Shown: positions 14,025-29,269 of the stretch, piece after piece
Layout: the number at the start of each line of letters is the position of its first letter
How positions within the stretch are numbered: the first letter of the stretch is position 1
Origin: Octopus bimaculoides
Taxonomy: Eukaryota
Direction of reading: 5' to 3'
Length of the DNA: 54,669 nt
NCBI RefSeq assembly: GCF_001194135.2
Contig: NC_069009.1
Span: forward strand, 10,374,265-10,428,933
Program-made: the position numbers and the translations under genes
The notes under the pieces: generated by a model
Database searches by the model: none
What the model was told of the DNA's origin: nothing
What the model saw: only the letters and a program-made list of their open reading frames with translations

Positions 14025-15324
14025 AATCATCATCACTACACACATTAGACATTTCCACTCTGTCCCATCATCATGTTCATTACTGCCACAGTGTCCACTA
14101 TCAAATCTATTGGCACCGTTATACTTCGAATCCACCCCTCATTATCATCATCATTACCATCATTATCATCATGATCATGATCATGATGATCATCATCATC
14201 ATCATCATCCTCCTCCTCCTCCTCCACATCATCATCATCATCATCATCGACACCATCATCATCATTAACATCATCATCATCGTTGCCGTGAACTTTATGG
14301 AATTAAACACCATCTTCTGATTCCCATCGCTTCCATCATTTAATTGCTTAGCCTAATTCTGTCACAAATATGTTCTGTATAATTGCTTATTACCTGAATT
14401 CTATGTTCCAGGAATTTAAGTTCAAATGACATGTGGGCTATCGAGGCCGACATCTTCCGAGGTCTGTCCAGTTTAGCAACTCTGTAAGTAGAATAATTTA
14501 TTTTTATAGGATTTCATCGGCGTTATATTTCTAAATCCATAATATATACCCATCTTTCATTTAAAGCTACCCCACCCACCGTTCTACAATTTCGTTTTAT
14601 TGTTTGGAAATCGTCGTGTGGGTGAGTGTGCGCCCATTTCTTAGATGTGGGATATATGACGATGTGATAGTTCAGGGGAAATATCTGGTACATGCATGTA
14701 TTTGTCTTTATGTATGCGGAAAATCTATTTCTGTCCAAAGTGTATGTTTTGCACAGGGTGACCAAAAAGAAAAACAGATCTCACAAAACTTTGAATAAAA
14801 CTATTAAAATAAAGCGACGCAGAGGAATAGATCGAGAGTGCGATTTCAGGAGAGACTGATCAGTAGGAAGCGTGACATTGAGTGGGTACCGCATTCACTG
14901 TTTTTGGACCCCTCCCAGATTTTTTTATCAGTGTGGATGTCTGAAGGAAAATGTTTACCAGAAACGATTGGTTGTCTGAAGTGAGCAAACACAGCAGAAA
15001 TCAGGAAAATCACCACAGTGGAATGCATTCGAGTAATTGACAATGTTGCGCGGCGTATGTAATTTGGAGCATATCTAGAAAAGAACACGATGTTTATGCA
15101 AAGGGTACGATCGTACACAGACCGATGTTCGCTTTCAGCAAATTTCAAAAATGTTGCTGAAATTTTGTTTGATTTAATAAAATGTTTTCGGTTCTGTTGT
15201 TTTGTTATTTGGGTGGAGGTCACCTTGTATTTTAATAAGCATGAATGTGAGTGAGGACATTCTCCAGAAATTTAAATATAAGTGTGTGACAATTAAGTAG
15301 AAGATTTAGTTGAAACGTGTTTAT

Positions 15325-15391
<67 letters not shown>

Positions 15392-17206
15392 NNNNNNNNN
15401 NNNNNNNNNNNNNNNNNNNNNNNNNNNNNNNNNNNNNNNNNNNNNNNNNNNNNNNNNNNNNNNNNNNNNNNNNNNNNNNNNNNNNNNNNNNNNNNNNNNN
15501 NNNNNNNNNNNNNNNNNNNNNNNNNNNNNNNNNNNNNNNNNNNNNNNNNNNNNNNNNNNNNNNNNNNNNNNNNNNNNNNNNNNNNNNNNNNNNNNNNNNN
15601 NNNNNNNNNNNNNNNNNNNNNNNNNNNNNNNNNNNNNNNNNNNNNNNNNNNNNNNNNNNNNNNNNNNNNNNNNNNNNNNNNNNNNNNNNNNNNNNNNNNN
15701 NNTATATATATATATATATATATATGTTAGCTTTGATGTAGTGAGCCTCTACACGAGTATCCCCATAACTTAGGACGAGAAGCAGTAGAGTTCTGGATAC
15801 ACAAACACTCACAAGGAATCCAAGGAAGTTTCTCCAAGGAGCTCATGCTTGAAGGGCTACAGCCAGTATTAGAAAATAACTACCAATACTACCCACGCAT
15901 ATATGGAACTGCGATGGGTACCAGAGTAGCACCTACACTTGCCGCACTAGTAATGGGTTATTCGGAAGGAAAATCAACCGCTTATCTCAGATTTCTTTTG
16001 GACAAAACTTCCACTCATACCTAGTGGGAAACTGGAAAAGATACTTGGATGACTATTTTATATTCTGGAATAGAAGTAAGAAAGACCTTAAAATGCTTTT
16101 GAAATAATAAACGGCGTCCATGGATCAATCCAATTTATGAAAATGAATGGAAGAGAACTCCCCTTCCTAGATATCTTAATAATTAAAGAGAATGACATTG
16201 TAACAACTGACCTCTAGTACAAAAAGCACGAACACAAACCAATATTTAGACTTTAGATCTTGCCATCCTTTCCATACAAAAGGAATATACCCTTTAATAT
16301 GGAAAGACGAATATATACAGTAGTTTCGGGGACAAATAGAAGAGAAAAACGACTTGCAGAGTTTAACGTGTTCCTTAAAATACAAAAATACCCTCACCAA
16401 ACTAATAGACCAATCAATGACTGAAGCTAAACATATCCCAATCCCTACACTAAGAAAAAAAACACTTACACTGAGGATAAACTAAAAAATGAACATAAAA
16501 ATATCCCATTTCTTATCACTCACAATCCCAGGAACCAGCCAATTCTACACCAGTCGCCATGTCTTCGACAAATAATCAAGGAACAACAAAAAATCAACAG
16601 CCGAAGGCAACCACTAAATATTAAGAAACTTCTAACCAAACCAAGATTTAAATCAGAGGAAGAAATGAAGCAAGGTACGAAATGTGGAGACCCCCGATAT
16701 GTCATATGTAATTGAATAGAACAGGGACCAGCCAAAAAATTTAAGATTGGAAAAGGTGAATGCAAATGTCAATTGCAAAAGGAAAAGCCTGATATATTGT
16801 ATGACATGCCCACGATGCAACGAACACGAAATTGGGGAAACAAAAACTAACCAACCGGGTAAATGTGCAAAGACATCAGATAAATCATCTCGCACTCAGA
16901 TGCATAGCATATGGTGATCATTTGGACACCTGTGCACAAGGAAAATTTACAAGTTTTCCTTCTGCATAAAATAAATCAATAGAATGACCTTCTCCGGAAG
17001 GCAAAAGAGGAATATTTCATATGATTTTTGAGTCCAAAACTAGACAGGAAACAGTCAACAACAATCTTACTGAAAACAACTTTCACTATATGTAATAACA
17101 TAAATACTGAAAGCGCTTGCACATCTACAAAAGCAAAAACCACCCCACATTTTGTGAAGTCTCTTCCAAAAGGTTAGTGTCTTCTCTCCATATATATATA
17201 TATGTG

Positions 17207-17264
<58 letters not shown>

Positions 17265-19544
17265 AATATGTATGAATGAGTGTGTATATGTGTATATATG
17301 CATACGTAAATACCTGTATGCACGCATGCATGTGACTGTAAATGCGTGTGCAACTGCGCGCACGTGTGTGCGTTTGCATGTATATATATATACGTGTATG
17401 TCCACGCATCTGCGTGTATGTATACATATTCGCAAATATATATGTACATGAGTGCATGCGTACATATGCCATTATACCGACTTTCCTCCTCTCCTATTCC
17501 TGCTTATCACTAACCTATCACATACATCTATTTATACTATTTTGATATGCTTGTATTCTTCCCTCCACCTCAAATTTTACTACCAAAACTACTACTCACT
17601 TCGGTATTACACCAACCATACCTTTCCTCTAACCATCCCTTGATGTATATCACCTCTACTCATATATCTCACTTCTTACCTTCTCATCTATTCCTATCCG
17701 TTCCCCACAGCTCTCTCATCCTCCCATCACATTATCTTGACCACCAACAAACACTCCCTTTCTCACTTCCTTCACCCTTTCTTCACTTTTTCACTCTTTA
17801 TTTGTCTTTCTCCCATTTTATTTTTTCTTTTTTCTTTTTTTTCTTTCTCTTCCTATTTAAATTTGACCTATCTCCTCTTTCTAATCATGCACATCTCTCC
17901 ACCCTGCATCTATCCATAAATACTGCCAATATATTCTCAAATGTTCATTCATATCACAAAACCCCCATCGAACCAGAAACACTGATTCCACGGATCTATA
18001 CTTTGGAATGACTAAAGAGGAACTACAATTGCAGCTTACAGACCATGAACAGGAAACATCTTACGACTTCTATACATCATTTTCTCCGAATAATATCTTT
18101 ATATATCTTATTTCTACTTTCATTCTCTTATTTTACTTTATATTCGCTAGCTTCTCCCTTTCCACAATAATTCGAACTAAATATTTTACACACCATCTCT
18201 GAAGAAGGGATATCTATAATTTCCCAGAAACAGGTGTAAGACTATGTCAATATAAAGGTCCTGAAAACGCCTCACACCATTGGATTTGTTATCGTATTCA
18301 CTCAATATTTTGTTCCAGATACTTGACTTATAATGATATGAAGGAAATCAAAGCAGACACGTTCCGAAATCTGCCCAGTTTAACAAATCTGTAAGTTAAA
18401 TCATTCTTTCTTAAACTATTTCGTTGACGATATATTTCTGAATCTGTACTATTTTTTCATCCTTCACTGTAAACTCCCTCATCTTTCTAAAGATATGTTT
18501 TATTGTTTTCGAATGTGTGTGTGAGTGTGATCTCATTTCTTAGTTATGTGATATATGAGAGCGCAATAGTTCAGGAGAATCATTTAGTATATGCTTGTGT
18601 ATGTCTCTGTGTATGTGTAAAGCCTGTCTTCTCTTTCTTCCTCTTGATCATCGCTTTCATCATCGCCAGCCTTTTCCATGTTATTCTCCATATTCTTCTT
18701 CTTCGTTTTCTGTATCTTCTTTGCTTCATCCCACTTCTCGCATATTTATTCTACATATTCGACTTCTCATTTTTACTCCTTTTACTTTTCTTCTGCATTT
18801 CGATGTGCTTTTTCTTCTTCTTGATCTTCTACTCTAGTACCGCCTCACTTCACCCTCTTTCTTCTCTTCTTTTTTTTCTCTTACTCACTTCAATTTTCCA
18901 ACGAGCTCTTTTTCTTTCATCCTTTCCATTGTCGCGATTCTCACATAAATTTCTCACCACTGTTTCATATTTTCAACTCTTCATAAACACCCTCTTCATA
19001 TTCATCAATATTATCAACTTCACAAATATTTGTATCTTCTACAGCAAGGGCAGTATTATCTTCATCAATGTATTCATCATCATTTTCTTTTCTTACAGAA
19101 GGTATTCGTTTAACCATAATATATTATGCAACACTTTTGTAATTTCACCTTTAAAAATATTTTTTCTTTTACAGACATTTGCAAAGTAATAATATCGAAA
19201 TCATTGAAGAAAGAGCCTTTGATGTCCTGCCCAGTTTAGGATATCTGTAAGTTAGATAAGCCTTGCTCATAAAATTTCATTGACAATATACTAATAAATA
19301 TTCATAATCTTCTCATTAATATTCGCACCATATCCTTATTTCTCCTTACATTCTCAAAGTGTTTTGATAGAAAGGTGAGATTGTGAGTGTCTGTACATAT
19401 GTGTGTCTGTGATGTGAATCTCAACATACGTTGGTATGTATAATATTTTGCGTGCTACCGAACCTGCTCCATGTTTTTGTCCACTCGAACGTGTGTTCAT
19501 TAAGAACTATGGACAATGCTGTTACTACAACCACAACAACAGTG

Positions 19545-19593
<49 letters not shown>

Positions 19594-19791
19594 TGTATTT
19601 CTTTTTATTGCTCTTTCATTCATTCTTTTCTTGTTCTTTTAAATATTCTTATTCCTATATCATATATTCTCGCAAACAGAATATGAGCCACATGTATCCT
19701 CATTTCCATCATCATTCGCATCATCATTATCATCTATTTTTTCCTCTTTCCATTTCTTCCTTTTCTACTTCTGCATCAATTTTTTGTTTTA

Positions 19792-19823
<32 letters not shown>

Positions 19824-19849
19824 CTTCTTCTTCTTCNNNNNNNNNNTCT

Positions 19850-19895
<46 letters not shown>

Positions 19896-19914
19896 TGTAT
19901 TCATTAATTTTATG

Positions 19915-19972
<58 letters not shown>

Positions 19973-20007
19973 TAATAATAATAATCCTTCTTCTACTTCT
20001 TCTTTTG

Positions 20008-20049
<42 letters not shown>

Positions 20050-21207
20050 CTCCCTTTTTTTCTCTTCCTACTCCTTAATTTACTTCTTCTTTGTCTTCTT
20101 GAATTAATCATCATCGTCTACTGATTTCCATTGCTTCCATCATTTAATTGCTTAGCAAAATTCTGGCACAAATATGTTCTATACAATTGCTTATTAAATT
20201 CAATTTTGTTTTCCAGGGATTTAAGTTCAAATTATATGAAAGAAATCAAAGCCGACATCTTCCAAAATCTGTCCAGTTTAACAACATTGTAAGTAGAATA
20301 CCTTCCCATCCTTCATTTGAAGCTACCCCAACCGACTTTCAACAGATGTGTTTTATTGTTTGGGAATCGACGAGTGTGTGTGTGTGCCCATTTCTTAGAT
20401 ATGTGATATATGGCTGTGATAGTTCTGAGAACGATCTGGTGCATGTATGGGAATGTATTTATGTATGCGGAAAAATCTATCTCTGTCCAAAGTGTATGTT
20501 TTATACAGGTTGACCAAGAGAAATGACAAAGACCTCACAAAACTTTGAATAAAACTGTTTGAATAAAACTCCACAGACGTATAGATCGAGATGAACTGTG
20601 GTTTCAGCAAGACGGGGCCACCCACCATGCATCAAATGAATCCCTAGCCTGGCTGAGAGAGCGATTTCAGGAGAGACTGATCAGCAGGAAATGTGACGTT
20701 TAGTGGGCACCTCATTTACTGGTCTTGGAAACCCTAGATTTTTATCAGAAGTGGCATCTCAACGATTGTTGAACTGAAGGCAGCAACCACAGCAAAAATC
20801 AGGGAACTGCTCAAAGAGGAATGTGTTCGTGTAATTGACAATTTTGTTCGACGTATGCAATTGTTTTGGCAACGTATGCCATTTGGAGCATATTTTGAAA
20901 AGGACATGACATTTATGCAAAGGGAATGATCATACACGGACCGAAGTTTAAGTCCAACAAATTTCAAGATATTTGCTGCACCTTTCTAGTGTAGGATTTA
21001 ATAAAACATTTTTGGGCTTTATTTCTTGGTGACCAGCCTGTATATTAATGAGTGTCAATGTTAGTGAGGCCCCCCTCCAGAGATATGAAGTATATCAGTG
21101 TGTGGCAATTAAGCAGAAAAATCAGTTTAAATGTGTTTATGTACATATATTTAAAGAGATTTAGAAATAATATTTCTATTTTTGAAAAACCAGTAGATGT
21201 GTTCCAC

Positions 21208-21252
<45 letters not shown>

Positions 21253-22295
21253 CAATTAAACATTCGGACAGACAGTTAACAGCGAGGCTTGCTGGGTTCG
21301 GGTACACCACATTGATAAACATCATATCATATTTAGCATCACCATAGATGTGCTAATCCCCGTCATTATAAGAATAATCAACATTAACAAAATCACACCC
21401 ATCATCAGCCTCTTCATATGTTCGTCATCATCACTACAAACCAATACGTTATTTCTTCAACATATTCCTCACTACTATATCACCCACTATCAAATCTACC
21501 ACCGTCAAAATCGACCTCTTCCCATTAATCACCATTACAATCATTTACATGTACATCATCATCGGTGCTAAGAACTTTATGGAATCAAACATAATCTCGA
21601 TCTACATTCCAAACCCGGCATCATCTAATTTTTTCGCCAATCTTCTGTCACAAATATATTCTTTACAATTCCTTCTTAACTCAATATTGCATTCCAGATA
21701 CTTGAATTATAATGACATGAAGGAAATCAAAGCAGACACGTTCCGAAATCTGCCCAGTTTAACAAATCTGTAAGTTTAATCATTCTTTCTTACACTAATC
21801 CGTTCACGATATATTTCTAAATCTGTACTATCTTTCCATGCTCCAATTGAAGCTCCCTCCCTTATGTTTCCAAAGATGTGCTTTATTGTATGCGAATATG
21901 TGCGTTTTTTGAGTGTGTTCCCATTACTTAATCATGTTGTATATGAGAGCGTTATAGTTCAGACGAACCATTTAGTGTATGCTTGTGTATGAGTGTGTGT
22001 ATGTGCATAGTCTCTCTCTGGTCAAAGCGCGTCATTTTGTATATTAATATGAGTGAATGTCAGTGAGAGCCTGTTCCACAGATAATAAATATTTGAAATT
22101 GTGACACTTGAGCAAACAAATCTGTGCCATGATTACCTCTGCATCACCATTGACTACCATAACAGAATTTACTTCTTATCCTTTTTGTAGGTTTTGTTGT
22201 TGTTGCTGCACTCATTGTCCTTGTTTTTGTTGTTGTTGTTATTTTACTTTCTTCTTCTTCTTCTTCTTCTTCTTCTTCTTCTTCTTCTTCTTCTT

Positions 22296-22326
<31 letters not shown>

Positions 22327-23154
22327 TTATTATTATTATTATTATTATCAATATTATTTATTTTTCATATCTTCTCCACATTTCTATTTTACTCATTCGA
22401 CTTCCCCCTTCTCCTCCTTTTATTTCTTTTTGACCTTTTGATGTCGTTTCTCTTCTTCTTCTTCGTTTTCTACTCAAACCCCTTGTCCCTTCTCCGTTTT
22501 TCTCATTTTCTTTTTATTCTCCAAACGCTTCAATTTTTCTCCGAGCACTTTTTCTCTTTTTTCATTGCGTTGTCACAAATTTCAAATAAAATTACCATTC
22601 CTCTTTTATATTTTCATTTCTTCATGATCACTCTCTTCATATTCATCATCATTATCATTAATATTATCAACATCACACAATTAGCCCCAAATACAGCAAC
22701 ATCAAAATTATCTTCATCGTTTTATTCATCATGTTCATATTCTTCCAGCGGGTATCCGTTTTACCTATATTATTGTTTATTATACAACACTTCTATAATT
22801 TCATCTATGAAAATATATTATATGTTACAGATATTTGAAAAATAATAATATCGAAAAAATTGAAATAGAAGCTTTCCGAGACCTGCCCCGTTTAAGTTCT
22901 TTGTAAGTTGGATAAGTCTTGTTCATAAAATTTCATTGGCAATATACTACTAAATATTCAAAATATTCCTATTAATATTTGCAAAATGTCCTTCTCCCTA
23001 TTGTTAATTATTTCGATGGAAATTGCTCGTGTGTACCTTTAAATACGTGTGTCTGCGGGTGTGTGCATCTGACAATGTTTTGGCATGTATGATACATTAT
23101 GTTCCACCCACGTTAATAGTTCTTCTTATCTACTTCTACTACTGACATCCATCT

Positions 23155-23198
<44 letters not shown>

Positions 23199-26100
23199 TC
23201 TTTTTATCGCCTTTTCATACATTTTCTCTTCTTGTTCTAAATATTTTTGTTCACTAATTTCTGCAACAAGACTATCGGTAAAATCTTACAACTCTTACAT
23301 CGTCGTTAGAATTATCATCATTTTATATATCATAGTACACAGTTATTCATATATATAATTTCTGTTCATTTTCTTCTTCTTCTTCTTCTTCTTCTTCTTC
23401 TTCTTCTTCTTCTTCTTCTTCTTCTTCTTCTTCTTCTTCTTCTTCTTCTTCTTCTTCTTCTTCTTCTTCTTCTCTCTCTCACTTTGTATATACAAACATA
23501 TAAATTCTAGATTGCTTCTGTGTGAGTGCGTGAATGTGTAAAGTACCTGTTTGTGTGTATAAGTATCAACGATATAGATCAACAATCAATTAATCCTCAT
23601 CGTGTTCTGGTTTCCATCGCTTCCATCATTTAATTGCTTCGCCAAATTCTGGCACAAATATATTTTATACAATTGCTTATTAATTCAATTTTATGTTACA
23701 GGGATTTAAGTTCAAATGATATGAAGGCAATCAAAGCCGACATCTTCCGAAATCTTCCCAGTTTAACAAATCTGTAAGTAGAATTAGATCTTTTTTATAG
23801 GATTTCACCCACGTTATATTTCTAAATGTGTAACATAATTCCATCCTTTATTTGAAATTCCCTCATCCGACTCTCCAAAGATGTATTTACTGTTTGCGAA
23901 TCTGTGTGTCTGAGTGTGGACACATTTCTTAAATATGATATATATGACAGTGTACAGGGGACCTATCTGGTGCATGCGTGTGTATATTCCTAGATATGCA
24001 GAAAATCTATCTCTGTCCAAAGTTTATATTTCGTTCAGGGTGACCCTCTACCAACAAATATCCACAAATCCACAAATCGTTTTATAAAACTGTTTGAATA
24101 AATCGACGCAGTGAAGATGATCGCGATGAATAATACTTCCAGCAAGATGAGGCCACCCACCACGCATCAAATGAATCTCTAACCTAGCCGAGAGAGCGAT
24201 TTAAGGTGAAATTCGCCAGCAGCAATTGTGACGTTGTGTGGACACCGCATTCACCGCACTTGAACTCCGCCAGATGTCTATCTGTGGGGGTAACTCACGG
24301 ATAATATTCACGAGAACAAGCATCAATCGATTTTTGAAAAGTAGGTGGCAATCACAGCAGAAATCAGGGAAATCCCCCAACGAGGCATGTTTTCGAGTAA
24401 TTGATTTGTTACCATAAGCTTTACATCATCTATATTTTCTGTTTATTGTTGTTGTTGTTGATGTCAGTCTTCTTCTCCTTCTTCTCGATCTTCTTCTTCC
24501 ACTTCGTCTCCTCCTCCTTCTTCATCACCATCAGCAGCATCTTCATTTTTTCTCTTTTTCTACGTCTTCCACTTCTCCCTTTCCTTAACTTGTTCTTCTG
24601 CGGTGAGTTTCAATTTCTATTGATTTCTTCTTCATTTATCCTTTCTTGTTCTTTTCTCCTTTCTGCATCATTTTCTTGATTCTGTATTCTGTGGAACCCT
24701 ATACTATGTAAATCTCAACCACAATTACCGGTAGAAATTCTCATCTACTCGTCCATATCCTCATCAGCGACCTTCCTCATATTTTCGTCTTAACTTTCTC
24801 AATTATAAACAAACTGAAGTTCATTATGGTTCCCTTCTTCATCAACATCATTCATTACCACAAAATACTGCCATCAAATGCAGAGTCTGAGACACTATCA
24901 TCATCATCGTCATCGTTAACATCCCCACATACATCATAATATCATATTCAGGATCATCATAGACGTTCTAATCCCCGTCATTATCAGAATAATCACCATT
25001 AACAACATCAACTCTATCACCAGCTTCTTAACATCTTCGTCATCGCTACAAACCATACACTTTTCTTCTCTTTCTCATCAACATATTCCTCACTACCATA
25101 TCGTCTATTATCAAATCTACGACCGTCAAAATCCTTCTACTCTATCCCCACCCCTTCACCATCATTTCAATCATTAACATCAACATCATCATTGCTGCTA
25201 AGAAATTTATGGAATTAATCATAATCGGGATGGGCAATCATCTAATCGGTTCGACGATTTTCTGTCACAAATATATTCTTTACAATTCGTTCCTAACTCA
25301 CTCTTTTGTTTCAGATACTTGGCTTATAATGATATGACGGAAATCAAAGCAGACACCTTCCGATATTTGTCCAGTTTAACAAATTTGTAAGTTAAAATCA
25401 TTCTTTCGTTTACTATTTCGTTGACGATATATTTCTAAATATGTACTCTCCTCCCATCCATCATTTGAAGCTCTCTCCCTTGTGTTTGCAAATATGTGTG
25501 TGTGGGCGTGTGTACCCATTTCTTAGTTATGTGATATGTGAGAGCGTTATAGTTCAGACGAACCATTAAGTGTATGCTTGTGAATGTATCTGCGTATGTG
25601 TAAAGTCTGTCACTTCTTCTTCTTCTTCTTCTTCTTGTATTTTAATTTTTCTTTCTCCTTTTCCTTCATCTTTCGTTTCTTTTACCTCTTTCTTCTTCAT
25701 CAACGTCCGTTCCTTCGTCTTCTTCTTTTTGGTTATTTTATTTCTTTGTTGCTTCGACTTTTTTCTCATTTTCTTCCTCTTCCAGTTCTTCTTAGCCTTC
25801 TTCATTTTGTTACATTATTCTTCGTTTTCATTTTCTTCATCGTCTTTTTGTTCTTCTTCTTAATTCCATTCTTCTTCTTCTTCTTCTTCTTCTTCTTCTT
25901 CTTCTTCTTCTTCNNNNNNNNNNTCCTTTTCCTTCATCTTTCGTTTCTTTTACCTCTTTCTTCTTCATCAACGTCCGTTCCTTCGTCTTCTTCTTTTTGG
26001 TTATTTTATTTCTTTGTTGCTTCGACTTTTTTCTCATTTTCTTCCTCTTCCAGTTCTTCTTAGCCTTCTTCATTTTGTTACATTATTCTTCGTTTTCATT

Positions 26101-27122
26101 TTCTTCATCGTCTTTTTGTTCTTCTTCTTAATTCCATTCTTCTTCTTCTTCTTCTTCTTCTTCTTCTTCTTCTTCTTCTTCTTCTTCTTCTTCTTCTTTT
26201 AGATCTTTTCCTTCGTCCACTTCTTATTCTTATTCTTCATCTTTTGATCCTTCTCTTTCTTCTCCTGTTTTTGCTTCATCATCATTCTCTACTCAACAGT
26301 TTCTTATTATTGTTCTCCATTCTCTCATTCTTCCTCATTTCATCCCATTTTCCATATTTTTATTTTATTCAATCGACTTCCCACTTCTACTTCTTTTCCG
26401 TCTTTCCTACCTTTTGATGTTGTTTCTTTTCTTCTTATTCTTCTACGTCAGCCATTCGCTCCTTTCTCATTTTCTTTTTATTCTCCAAACGCTTCAATTT
26501 TTCTCCGCGCACTTTTTCTCTTTATGCATACCGTTGTCGCAAATTTCATATTAAATTTCCACGACTGTTCTTTTATATTTTTATATCTTCATGCTCACTA
26601 TCTTCATATTCACCATCATTATCATCAATATTATTACCCTCACAATATGCACAGTCTAGAGCAACGTCAAAATTATCTTCATCATTCTATTTATCCTGTT
26701 CTTATTCTTCCTCCAGCAGGTATTCGTTTAGCCATAATATTTTTATTATATAATACTTCTAAAATTTCACGTTTGAATATATATTTTATGTTATAGATAT
26801 TTGCAAAATAATAATATCGAACAAATTGAAATTCGAGCTTTCAATGACCTGCGCAGTTTAATATCTCTGTAAGTTGGATAAGTTTTATTCATAAAATGTT
26901 ATTGACAATATCTTACTAAATATTCAAAATATTCCCATTAATATTTCAACAATGTCCTTGCCCCATCCCTACAATGTGTTTCGATAAAGATGTGTAACTG
27001 TTTGTGAGTGTCTGTAAATATGTGTATCTGTGGGTGTGTCAATCTGAATGTGTCAGCATGTATAACATTTTGTGTTCCACACACCCTGCTAGTTCTTCAT
27101 ATCCACTTGAACGAATTTTCCT

Positions 27123-27172
<50 letters not shown>

Positions 27173-29230
27173 GATTAAACTACTACAAATGCTATTATGC
27201 CTTTCACTCATTTCACATTTCTCTCACTCCGATGTCATCATTATACATAAACAACGCATCTTCGTTTTTATACCATTTTCATTCAGAGTCTTTTTCTCTC
27301 CTTGTTCTAAATATTCTTGTTCATAAATTTCTGCAACAATTATGTCAACCACATCATTCTTCATTTACATCACCATTAGCTTAATCATCATTACCATCAT
27401 CATCATCAAAGTAAACTAAAGGACATTATGTAGTTCGTCATCATCATCATCATCTACATTTCTCCTTCCATGAATTCCTTTTCTACTTCCACACCAGTTT
27501 CTTTTTTATATATTTTATTTTTGTTCGTTTTACACTCGGTCGTCGTTTTCTTCTTCTTCTTCTTCTTCTTCTTCTTCTTCTTCTTCTTCTTCTTCTTCTT
27601 CTTCTTCTTCTTCTTCTTCTTCTTCTTCTTCTTCTTCTTCTTCTTCTTCTTCTTCTTCTTCCCTTTTTCTTCTGAGTTTCGCCTTCTTTTTTCGTGACTT
27701 TCCAAATGTTTTTTTCTCATGATTTCCCCATATTTCATCACTTATTTATCAATCGCTTGATTTCCTATTCCTCTAAATTCAATTCTATCTAAATCACTAC
27801 CACATCCGACCCGGAAATCATCGATGTTCTCGTCCGTATCCTCATCACCGACATCCTTCTTATTTTCTTTGTTGAATTTCTTGTTCATAAACAAGTAAAA
27901 TTCATCATTTTCCTCTTCATCAACATTATTCATTACCACAAAATGCTGCCATCACATGGCGAATGTTCAACACAACCATCTTCATCACCAGCATTAGCAT
28001 CATCATTTTCAATGTCATATACAGAATCACCATAGGCATGTTAAACCCCATCATTATTAGAACGATCAGCACCAGCAGCAGCGTCCTATCATCAGCATTA
28101 GACATATCTTCGTTATCATCACAAGGCACCCTAGGCACATCTCCTCTGTCTCATCATCATACTCATAACTACAACAACGTCCACTGTCAATTCTGCCGAC
28201 GCCATTATGTCTATAATCCACCTCCTCATTTATCATCATCATCTCACCACAACCACCACCATCACCACCACCACCACCACCACCACCACCACCACCAGCA
28301 TCATCCACCTCCTCATCATCATCCTCATTATCATCATCGGTTCCATCATTTAATTGATTAGCCAAATTCTGGCACAAATATATTTTATACAATTGCTTAT
28401 TAACTCAATTTTATGTTACAGGGATTTAAGTTCAAATGATATGAAGGCAATCAAAGCCGACATCTTCCGAAATCTTCCCAGTTTAACAAATCTGTAAGTA
28501 GAATTAGATCTTTTTATAGGATTTCATCCACATTATATTTCTAAATGTGTCATATAATTCCATCCTTTATTTAAAATTCCCTCATCCGACTCTCCAAAGT
28601 TGTGTTTATTGTTTGCGAATCTGTGTCTGAGTGTGTACACATTTCTTAGATATGATATATACGACAGTGTGATAGTGCAGGGAAATCATCTGGTGCATGG
28701 AGGTGTATGTCACTATGTATGCAGAAAATATATCTCTGCCCAAAGTTTATTTTGTGTACAGGGTGACCTCCAAACCCCACCCACAAGAACCAGAAATCTT
28801 TGAATAAAATTGTTTGAATTAACCGAGGCAGAGGAATAAATCAGAATGAAAAATAGTTGCAGCAAGATGGAGCCATCCCCACGCATCAAATGACTCCCTA
28901 GCGTAGGTGGGAGAGCGATTTGAGATGCGATTGTTCAGCAGCAACTGTGACGTTGAGTCGATACCGCATTCACCAGACTTGAACACACCAGATTTTTATC
29001 TCTGGGGATAACTCAAGGATAACGTTCACGAGAACAACCTTTGAACGATTTTTGAACTGAAAGTGGCAATCCCAGCAGAAACAAGAGTAATCCACAACGA
29101 AGAATGTTTTCGAGTAATTGATAATTTTGCGCGACGTATACCATTTTGAGCATATTTTGAAAATAACATGATTTTTTTGAAAAGGAAATGATCGTACACA
29201 GACCGAAGTTTCAGTCCAACAAATGTCAAG

Positions 29231-29269
<39 letters not shown>

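Noticed and set aside
14087-15020. RSS-like heptamer CACAGTG at 14087 and 15014 as a sign of somatic recombination
   Set aside because: No nonamer was seen at 12/23 spacing, the heptamers do not abut exons, and one lies in the transposon relic. There is no sequence evidence for DNA-level rearrangement.
25620-26200. Direct duplication of about 300 bp around a 10-N gap
   Set aside because: Near-identical copies either side of a tiny gap are typical of unmerged contig overlap.
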